Virus record (IMG/VR): IMGVR_UViG_3300030372_004539
Span: 1 to 37,873 of that record
Length of the DNA stretch: 37,873 bases
Source: a virus
Taxonomy: Duplodnaviria; Caudoviricetes
Strand: one strand, 5' to 3'
Shown here: one piece after another, positions 1 to 6,263 of the stretch
How positions within the stretch are numbered: the first letter of the stretch is position 1
How the letters are laid out: every line of letters starts with the position of its first letter
The notes under the pieces: model-generated
What the model was told of the DNA's origin: nothing
Database searches by the model: none
What the model saw: the letters and a program-made list of their open reading frames with translations, nothing else
Made by a program: the position numbers and the translations under genes

Positions 1-29
1 TCTGAAGTGACCTATCTGTGACTTCCTCA

Positions 30-446
30 TTACTTATCTCCCTTGGCAGTAAACAGCTCATCGTCCATGTACTTAAGGTGGTCCCAGTCCTCGCTATCTA
101 CACGCCACCAAACCTCACACCATGTAAGGAAACGTGGGAGCAGTACGTCTCGGTCCTCTAGGGTCATAAAGCTCCAGAACCAATTACGCTCAGACCTAAG
201 AAGGCCAGGAGGAGCTACCGATAACTCGCGCCAGCTATACCACTCGCCGTAATCATCGATACCCTCAACGTCGATGTCCTTAACAACACCGTCGCTACCA
301 TCGTGGGACCAACGCTTAGAGGTAAAACTTCTACGCCCGTCATCACCATCCACCCAAGAAGTCTTCCACTTAAGGTCTCTACCAGGACGAATGGTGAGCT
401 TAACGTAGCTGCCGTTAACGCTCTCCCATATGCGATAGTTAGTCAT
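30..446 (-). CDS. Hypothetical early protein (138 aa, Trp/Asp-rich)
   Basis: ORF with strong RBS (GAGATAAGGAGATA) and an upstream extended -10 promoter. Confidence 0.75.
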   Translation of the reverse strand: MTNYRIWESVNGSYVKLTIRPGRDLKWKTSWVDGDDGRRSFTSKRWSHDGSDGVVKDIDVEGIDDYGEWYSWRELSVAPPGLLRSERNWFWSFMTLEDRDVLLPRFLTWCEVWWRVDSEDWDHLKYMDDELFTAKGDK

Positions 447-485
447 GATACATTATCTCCTTATCTCGCATAAGATTATGATACT

Positions 486-514
486 ATTATACCACAATCG
501 TTAATGTGATCTAC
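486..514 (-). promoter_or_regulatory. Sigma70-type promoter, extended -10 (TGTGG-TATAAT)
   Basis: Minus strand reads GTAGAT-17 nt-TATAAT, with TG immediately upstream of a perfect -10 (486-491). Confidence 0.65.
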
Positions 515-546
515 GCATTTGTTATTATGAATTCGTTAAGGTTCGT

Positions 547-614
547 ACGCGGGCGCGGGCGCGCTTAGTATCTAGTATATAGTATCCTTTTAGTTTAAGG
601 ATACTAAGATACTA
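547..614. repeat. AGTATC/GATACT repeat element with GC-rich tail (copy A), inverted relative to 2686-2778
   Basis: AGTATC at 567 and 581, GATACT at 600 and 608; palindrome TAGTATCCTT-7-AAGGATACTA at 580-606; GC run at 548-564. Confidence 0.75.
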
Positions 615-752
615 TGCACTAGTGTCGCACCAGTTAGGGCCCGGCTGGCCCGCATAAGTCGTCGCATCGCAGCAGTATTAGCCGCTCAGCGCGTAATAGC
701 CCGGATTGGTAGCAGGAGTTCGGCTAGCCGTCGCCGGATAGCGTGTGTGTCG

Positions 753-792
753 TTAAAAGGATGATGCCCCGGGGCGTTAACCCCAGAGCACC
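753..792 (-). terminator. Probable intrinsic terminator after 801..1256
   Basis: Minus-strand stem TGCTCTGGGG/CCCCGGGGCA (with G-U pairs) followed by TCATCCTTTT. Confidence 0.55.
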
Positions 793-800
793 GTACCTTC

Positions 801-1256
801 CTACTTGTTAAACTCGTCGACGATAAACTTGGACAGTTCCTCATCTAGTCTGCCCATCTCTATCGATGCCGGAGTGTTGATATCTTGCTCGTCGTAAGCA
901 CCAAGCTTCTCAATGGCTTCCTCAATAGCTGACATCCTGTTAAGGAGCTTGTTGATAGAAGTTTGGAGCTTCTCCTCGTTACGGTCGACCCTGTTAAAAA
1001 GCTTGTTGAACTCTTCAGCGTTCGCGAGCTTAGCGTGGTGAGCCTCTTGCTTGATAGTCAGCAAGTCGGATTCAATAACCTCAACGTTAGACTCAACAGT
1101 CTCAATGGCGTCAGTGTTATGTCCCACTGCATAATCTGTTCTGCGTAGCATCTTGTTAAGGTCATAGACCTTGACGCTAACATCAGAAACCTTATCGATG
1201 TTGAGCATAACAGCTTGCTGGATATTGACGATGACATTAGTAAACAGCTCTCGCAT
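801..1256 (-). CDS. Acidic coiled-coil hypothetical protein
   Basis: 151-aa ORF with heptad pattern; RBS GAGATAAGGAGATA. Confidence 0.75.
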   Translation of the reverse strand: MRELFTNVIVNIQQAVMLNIDKVSDVSVKVYDLNKMLRRTDYAVGHNTDAIETVESNVEVIESDLLTIKQEAHHAKLANAEEFNKLFNRVDRNEEKLQTSINKLLNRMSAIEEAIEKLGAYDEQDINTPASIEMGRLDEELSKFIVDEFNK

Positions 1257-1344
1257 GAGATATCTCCTTATCTCTTATGTTGCATGAGTCCGCACTAGAT
1301 AGTGCACAAGACTTGTCCTGGTCGCTACTTAACGGCCAGAGGGC

Positions 1345-1376
1345 TAGGGCCCCCGGGGTTACCCCCGGGTTCCCTA
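1345..1376 (-). terminator. GC-rich hairpin with GTAA (GNRA) loop downstream of 1389..1928; terminator or processing site
   Basis: TAGGG-AA-CCCGGGG-GTAA-CCCCGGG-GG-CCCTA on the minus strand; no U-tract. Confidence 0.45.
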
Positions 1377-1388
1377 TCTCTCCCTCTC

Positions 1389-1928
1389 TTAGGCTGCCGA
1401 GTCGTTAGTCGGCGATAGCTCTCCCATACCTTCGCGGTCCATAGCCTGGAAACTGATAGGCTTCCCTGGGTTATTGGATACCGTGAAATGGTTGAGCACC
1501 TTATCGTCAAACCATCGACCTTCGATAGTGTAGACCCCGTTAGCCTCGGAGACGTTAACCGCCCCGAGCTTAGCCTTTTCGGCACCTTGGCAAAGGTTAG
1601 ACCGTAGCAGGCCCTGCATAACCTCTCCCCAGTTAGTCGGGAGGGTTCCCCCGTTAGCCTGGATAAGGTCAGTAGCCCTAAGCACTGTTGCAATAACTCG
1701 CGCCTCTGTACCAGGGCCGAACCTAAGGTCACGCGAGCTAAGGGCATCGATACTGGCTGAGCTAACAGCGGCATTCTCTTCCCTCTTGAGCTTGGCGTAA
1801 GCCTTCTTAGCGTCGCCGAGCTTCTTCTCTAGGATGGCTTCCGTTGCGCTGCCTGGCTCTACCAGGGCTAGCTCAGAGCGGATGGCCTTAATCTCGGTGA
1901 CGACGTCGGACATAGTGATGCTATTCAT
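1389..1928 (-). CDS. Hypothetical protein, first gene of the leftward operon (N-terminal coiled coil)
   Basis: 179-aa ORF with AGGAG RBS 9 nt upstream of ATG. Confidence 0.75.
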   Translation of the reverse strand: MNSITMSDVVTEIKAIRSELALVEPGSATEAILEKKLGDAKKAYAKLKREENAAVSSASIDALSSRDLRFGPGTEARVIATVLRATDLIQANGGTLPTNWGEVMQGLLRSNLCQGAEKAKLGAVNVSEANGVYTIEGRWFDDKVLNHFTVSNNPGKPISFQAMDREGMGELSPTNDSAA

Positions 1929-2011
1929 CTTTCATTACTCCTGCCCGGTTATGTCCCGGGCTATTAGCTTGTCAAAATCCGGGCAGGGCGTTCCCTGACC
2001 TTCTGATAGCC

Positions 2012-2040
2012 ATTTCAGCACACAACGCTACGTGGTGCAA
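2012..2040 (-). promoter_or_regulatory. Possible leftward sigma70 promoter
   Basis: TTGCAC-17 nt-TGAAAT on the minus strand, upstream of 1928. Confidence 0.35.
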
Positions 2041-2070
2041 CCTATTTGTTAGTCTCATTTCATTATGTTG

Positions 2071-2083
2071 TAACCGGTTGATA
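2071..2083 (-). promoter_or_regulatory. IHF consensus site
   Basis: Minus strand TATCAACCGGTTA matches WATCAANNNNTTR exactly. Confidence 0.45.
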
Positions 2084-2143
2084 TTACAGGGTTAATCAGG
2101 CTGGCCTTAGGTGTTGGGGGTCTAGCCCCTCCTCTCCTAAGCC

Positions 2144-2365
2144 AATCTACTTGGCGGTAGATTTCCCCCTGTGCATATAAAGGTTACGGATGTTCAGTTG
2201 GGTAGATTGTTATCGACTAGTGAGTAGATTGCTAACCTACTGACAGGTAGATAACGAAACCTACTGGCGGGTAGACTACTGACGGGTAGATAACAATTGA
2301 CTCGTGGGTAGATATGCCGACCAGGCGGTCAGGTAATGACGTAGGTCAAATCGACTCGAAAGTAG
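2144..2365. repeat. Array of ~10 imperfect palindromes (C[T/G]AC-N6-GTAG[AT]); operator, iteron or pac-like
   Basis: GTAG-type right halves start at 2157, 2202, 2224, 2247, 2271, 2286, 2308, 2328 (GTCA), 2341 and 2362; perfect AATCTAC-N6-GTAGATT at 2144-2163. Confidence 0.8.
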
Positions 2366-2430
2366 TTTAGCGCATCAGATCTCCACGTTGGTGACCAAAA
2401 AAGCGCACCGAATTTTTCGACAGAAAACCA

Positions 2431-2459
2431 TTGATCACCAGTTTCCGTTGTGGTAAAAC
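2431..2459 (+). promoter_or_regulatory. Rightward sigma70-type promoter for the HTH/replication operon
   Basis: TTGATC-17 nt-TAAAAC with the same TTGTGGTA extended -10 context as the promoter at 486-514. Confidence 0.5.
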
Positions 2460-2478
2460 AGTGGGACAGGAGGTGGTC

Positions 2479-2679
2479 ATGAACCGACTACGAGAGTTCC
2501 GCGAGTCAGCGGGTTTAAGCCAGAAAGAACTGGCTGATAAGATAGGCGCTAGCCAACAAGGCATCTCTTACCTAGAGACAGGCCATAGAGATGGCAAGCT
2601 GTCAACATGGCGAAAGATATGCGACGTATTAAACGTCAACATGTCTGAGCTATTACCCAAGCTGTGGGAAAAGCCGTAG
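2479..2679 (+). CDS. XRE/Cro-family helix-turn-helix regulator (66 aa)
   Basis: MNRLREFRESAGLSQKELADKIGASQQGISYLETG is a classic HTH_3 pattern; AGGAGGT RBS before ATG 2479. Confidence 0.92.
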   Translation: MNRLREFRESAGLSQKELADKIGASQQGISYLETGHRDGKLSTWRKICDVLNVNMSELLPKLWEKP

Positions 2680-2685
2680 TACTAA

Positions 2686-2778
2686 TACTATCTTAGTATC
2701 CTAGTATCCTTGAGTATCTTTGGATGCTTAAGAACTTAAGATACTTATATAGTATATACTATCGCGCGCGCATGCGCA
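2686..2778. repeat. AGTATC/GATACT repeat element with GC-rich tail (copy B), origin-like
   Basis: AGTATC at 2695, 2703 and 2713; GATACT at 2740; palindrome AGTATATACT at 2751-2760; then CGCGCGCGCATGCGC; 2689-2702 is the exact reverse complement of 598-611. Confidence 0.75.
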
Positions 2779-2862
2779 AGGGGGTTTTGTTATGTGTCCT
2801 TTCTGGTGGTGTTTGGGGGACGGGTACACCTGTCTCCACGCTTTGACGATAATGGTGATTGT

Positions 2863-4185
2863 ATGTCTGAGGAGATAGTCCCTCGCTCGATAGATGCAGA
2901 GGGAGAGGTTCTAGCGGCGTTGTTGTTAGACCCTCGTTTGATGGACGAGGTTTTAGGCAGGGGTCTTCGTAAGCAAGACTTCTATCTAAACCGACATGGT
3001 ATGTTGTTTGATGTGATGTCCGAGTTGTATCGGGTGTCTGGTTCGTTTGATGAAGTTATGCTTAAGCAGCGCATGGAGGACGCTAATATCTGGGATGCCT
3101 TTGGCGGCGCTATGTTCTTGTCCAAGGTTATGGACAGGTCTGGTACTACGAGCAACCTGTCTCGTTACTGCGACATTGTTCTAGATAAGAGCATGAAGCG
3201 CAGTATCGTAGAGGCTGGTGATGCTGTTAGCCGTCTTGGTTATACAGACCTTCCCCCTCTTGAGGCGTTGGACCAGGCTGAGGAGAGGCTTCGTTCTTTG
3301 TATAAGCGCAGTGGCAGCGCCGATGGTGTGTATGCCCAGGACGCTATGAGGGAGTATCTAGACCGCGTGGACTCTATCCAGCGTGGTGAGTATGAGGATA
3401 CTGTGATCCCCACAGGAATCTCATCCCTAGACGAGATGCTATCTGGTGGCTTTAGGCCTGGGTGGCAGGTCGTAGTTATGAGTTGTCCTGCACACGGCAA
3501 GTCTTCACTAGCTGTGAACAACTTCGGCATGACTGCGGCTAGGGCTGGCTTTCCTGTTTTGATCTGCTCATACGAGATGAGCGAGATGGAGGTCTACGCT
3601 CGCATGGTGGCTGCTGAGTCCGGCGTGCCCGTTCATGTACAGCGTAGGCCAGGCATGGACCCTTATGACCTGTCTCGTGTGAAGAAGGCCGGTGACGATA
3701 TCGCACCACTGCCTATCATCGTAGAGGGCCCTAAGTGCGGTAGCATCTCCGCTATCCGGCGCGCTGCTAGGCGTATGGCTGTAGAGCATGGGCGCATGGG
3801 GATGGTCATCGTTGACTACCTCCAGTTGATGCGCGGCGGTTCATCGAGGCGTGACGGCACGCAGGAGGAGGGCATCGCCGCTAACAGCCGTGGGCTCAAG
3901 CTTCTGGCCGTGGAGCTAGGTTGCGTCGTTGTGCTGCTGTCTCAGCCCGTCCTAGAGGCCAAGAGAGCGCGTAAGCGCCCCCACATCTCGGATGCCAAGG
4001 GCAGCGGGGCTATCGAGGATGACGCGGACCTGACGTTGATTCCTTGGTTGCCCAGTAAGGTCGACAATGTGGACCGGTCATTGGCGGAGATAGGTATCGA
4101 TAAATTTCGTCATGGCGCTGCGCGCCATTTAACCCGCGAGGACGTGCGCTTCAGTGGTGCTCGTATGCGCTTTGAGGGGATGTAA
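2863..4185 (+). CDS. dnaB: Replicative DnaB-like helicase
   Basis: DnaB N-domain (PRSIDAEGEVLAALL, DFY..RH..LF), Walker A CPAHGKS, SYEM, VDYLQLM, LSQ, SGAIEDDAD, KFRHG; start moved to ATG 2863. Confidence 0.95.
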   Translation: MSEEIVPRSIDAEGEVLAALLLDPRLMDEVLGRGLRKQDFYLNRHGMLFDVMSELYRVSGSFDEVMLKQRMEDANIWDAFGGAMFLSKVMDRSGTTSNLSRYCDIVLDKSMKRSIVEAGDAVSRLGYTDLPPLEALDQAEERLRSLYKRSGSADGVYAQDAMREYLDRVDSIQRGEYEDTVIPTGISSLDEMLSGGFRPGWQVVVMSCPAHGKSSLAVNNFGMTAARAGFPVLICSYEMSEMEVYARMVAAESGVPVHVQRRPGMDPYDLSRVKKAGDDIAPLPIIVEGPKCGSISAIRRAARRMAVEHGRMGMVIVDYLQLMRGGSSRRDGTQEEGIAANSRGLKLLAVELGCVVVLLSQPVLEAKRARKRPHISDAKGSGAIEDDADLTLIPWLPSKVDNVDRSLAEIGIDKFRHGAARHLTREDVRFSGARMRFEGM

Positions 4186-4631
4186 TGAAAGACTATTACA
4201 TGGGAGTAGACCCTGGTCAGTCCGGGGCCGTTGTTGTGATCTCCAAGTCTGGCCAGTGGATGGGCACCATACGCCTGTCTGAGCCGTCTAAGGAGATAGC
4301 TGACTTTGTGTCCTTTTGGGGGAGCAACGTGCAGCTATGCATGTTCGAGAAGGTGAACGCCATGCCTAAGCAGGGGATAGCGAGCACGTTCAAGTTCGGC
4401 ACGTCGTTTGGTTTTTGCATGGGGATTCTTACTGCCTGTCGTGTGAGGTACGAGATGGTTACTCCTAACCAGTGGCAGACACGTATGAAGTGCAGGACGA
4501 AGGGTGACAAGAACATAACGAAGGAGTTGGCCGGAAGGTTGTTCCCCGATGTGGAGAAGATTACCCATAGGGAGGCCGATGCTATGCTCTTGGCTGAGTA
4601 TGCGCGTAGGTATTCGTTGGGGATTGAATGA
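4185..4631 (+). CDS. RuvC-like Holliday junction resolvase
   Basis: GVDPGQSGA, EKV, FKFGTSFG, TPNQW, EADAMLLA: RNase H-fold phage RuvC pattern; TAATG coupling with dnaB. Confidence 0.85.
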   Translation: MKDYYMGVDPGQSGAVVVISKSGQWMGTIRLSEPSKEIADFVSFWGSNVQLCMFEKVNAMPKQGIASTFKFGTSFGFCMGILTACRVRYEMVTPNQWQTRMKCRTKGDKNITKELAGRLFPDVEKITHREADAMLLAEYARRYSLGIE

Positions 4632-5047
4632 ACTACTTTTTTGTTGCCCACATCTGTGCCGTGGCGCTAGCTTGGGAGTCGCCATCTCTTGCTCCCAGTC
4701 GGTTCAACACTTGTCTTGAGGTTGGTATGGAGGCCATCGCTGGAGGGGTAGACCCTCCTCTGGCGGTGGCCCTTTCCTTTACCGAGTCTAGGTTTAATCG
4801 TGATGCCAAGAGCAACAGGGGTGCTTACGGGCCCCTTCAGATTAAGCCAACTTTCCACTGCCCAAACAGGCGGTTAAAAGGTTGTGACTTGATTAAGGCT
4901 GGAATTGGGGCCATTATCCGTTATCGTAATCGGTATGGCTCGGACTGGCTATGCCACTGGAACTCAGGCAACAGGTGCTACCGTAAAAGCAGACGGTTTG
5001 CCCGTATTGTTGATAAGAGGCGTAAGCTTCTTAGGGGAGAAAGATAA
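4628..5047 (+). CDS. Lytic transglycosylase (SLT) with N-terminal signal-like segment
   Basis: Catalytic ESRFN, A.S..GAYGPLQI and WNSG motifs; hydrophobic N-terminus ending AVALA. Confidence 0.82.
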   Translation: MNYFFVAHICAVALAWESPSLAPSRFNTCLEVGMEAIAGGVDPPLAVALSFTESRFNRDAKSNRGAYGPLQIKPTFHCPNRRLKGCDLIKAGIGAIIRYRNRYGSDWLCHWNSGNRCYRKSRRFARIVDKRRKLLRGER

Positions 5048-5331
5048 TGGCGACGACCAAGAAGAGTGCACCGAAGAAGGCTCCGGCAAAGAAGGCCACC
5101 AAAAAGACAGAGGCATCGCCGGTAGGCCGTCCAAAGAACCTAGTGAAGTTGACAGCCAAGGACGTCCCGTCTGGCGTCTCTGGCATGGTTGAGTCTTTGT
5201 CTCATTCTATGGAGCTAGACGCTGAGACGGTTGTTACCCTTGCTCTTCTGCATGTTTACCAGCAGCAGCGAGTGGTGGGTCAGTTCGGGGTTAAGCAGCT
5301 TCTTGAGCGACAGAAGGTTTATCTTGTCTAA
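5047..5331 (+). CDS. Hypothetical protein with histone-H1-like Lys/Ala/Pro N-terminus, probable DNA-binding
   Basis: MATTKKSAPKKAPAKKATKK...GRPK; TAATG coupling. Confidence 0.7.
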   Translation: MATTKKSAPKKAPAKKATKKTEASPVGRPKNLVKLTAKDVPSGVSGMVESLSHSMELDAETVVTLALLHVYQQQRVVGQFGVKQLLERQKVYLV

Positions 5332-5803
5332 GAAGGCTACACGGATTGAGAGGCCGGAAGATCTAGACATCGATGTTGTTCCGATCTCCCAGTTTGAAAT
5401 TGTAGAGGGCCTTATTGCCGAGGGGATTAAGTCCATTAAGGAGAGCCTTGATGTTCTGTTCTTTAACCCTGGCGACATGGACCCGACGCTAAACGCCCTT
5501 GCGACGCGGGCAATAGCCCTAACGGAAACCAACGGGCTTGAGTCAGCCTTGTCCGCTGGCCAAATAGGCATGCACAAAAAACATAAGATGTGCATTCCCA
5601 TTCTTAGGAACATGCAAAAGCGCCTTGAGAACAACGCCCCTGAGGGAGACAAGATTGGCGACATGGACCTAGGCGTGTTTGGCCAGGACATCGTAGACTT
5701 CCTTACGGCCATGCATAAGGTTATGAGCGATGGAACAAGCGACAGAAGCCGAAGAAGCTACCAAAAGGCATTCACCTCCCATAAGCCGCTTCCCAAGGTT
5801 TAA
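5324..5803 (+). CDS. Hypothetical protein (start uncertain; TTG 5324 preferred over 5231)
   Basis: In-frame ORF filling the operon gap; TTG overlaps the upstream gene end and follows AGAAGG. Confidence 0.55.
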   Translation: MSKKATRIERPEDLDIDVVPISQFEIVEGLIAEGIKSIKESLDVLFFNPGDMDPTLNALATRAIALTETNGLESALSAGQIGMHKKHKMCIPILRNMQKRLENNAPEGDKIGDMDLGVFGQDIVDFLTAMHKVMSDGTSDRSRRSYQKAFTSHKPLPKV

Positions 5804-6263
5804 CGCCCACCTGGCTAACGCTATATGCCAGGGCATACGGAACGGATACACCAGGCGCATTGTTGCTAGCAGGCTGGGCTTATGCACGAAGACCGTGGCC
5901 AATTGGCTTGACCACGGCTCTAGGCCAGACGCCCATCCTCTTATGCGGCAGTTCTATTTGGACTTCTGTGCTTCGTATGAAGAGGCCACAACGACCCTTG
6001 TTGACTGCGTTAAGTTCCACGCGCAGGACGACTGGAAGGCTGCGGCGTGGCTTCTTGAGAGGACCAGGGATGAGTTCCGCAGGTCGCCCCGCATGGAGCG
6101 TCATGTGAAAGACGAGCTTGATAGGCTTGCTATCGAGAAGGCTGAGGCTGAGGTTCAGTTTACCCACGCGAAGGTTCTGGCCTTGCAGAAGACTGTGCTA
6201 GACCCTAAGGAGATCTTACCAGTCCTTAACGCTGTACTGGAGCCGCCAAAAGAGGAAGAATAG
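5730..6263 (+). CDS. terS: Terminase small subunit
   Basis: N-terminal HTH (GYTRRIVASRLGLCTKTVANWL), DWKAAAWLLER motif, lies directly upstream of TerL. Confidence 0.75.
   Translation: MEQATEAEEATKRHSPPISRFPRFNAHLANAICQGIRNGYTRRIVASRLGLCTKTVANWLDHGSRPDAHPLMRQFYLDFCASYEEATTTLVDCVKFHAQDDWKAAAWLLERTRDEFRRSPRMERHVKDELDRLAIEKAEAEVQFTHAKVLALQKTVLDPKEILPVLNAVLEPPKEEE

Noticed and set aside
1325-1774. Alternative-frame minus ORF with repeated SRLTG peptides
   Set aside because: Overlaps the better-supported 1389..1928 ORF; the peptide repeats come from GCTAAC/GTTAAC codon pairs in the real frame
2046-2073. dif-like XerC/D site (TTATGTTGTAA resembles the XerD arm)
   Set aside because: The left arm does not resemble the XerC consensus and the right arm has mismatches
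2144-2365. CRISPR array (Cas12a-like CTAC...GTAGAT repeats)
   Set aside because: Units are degenerate and only 13-45 bp apart, leaving no room for spacers; the 5' AATTT pseudoknot segment is missing and there are no cas genes
1-3000. CTAG tetramer appears frequent rather than depleted
   Set aside because: A rough count by eye is near random expectation; a proper k-mer analysis is needed before any restriction or modification claim
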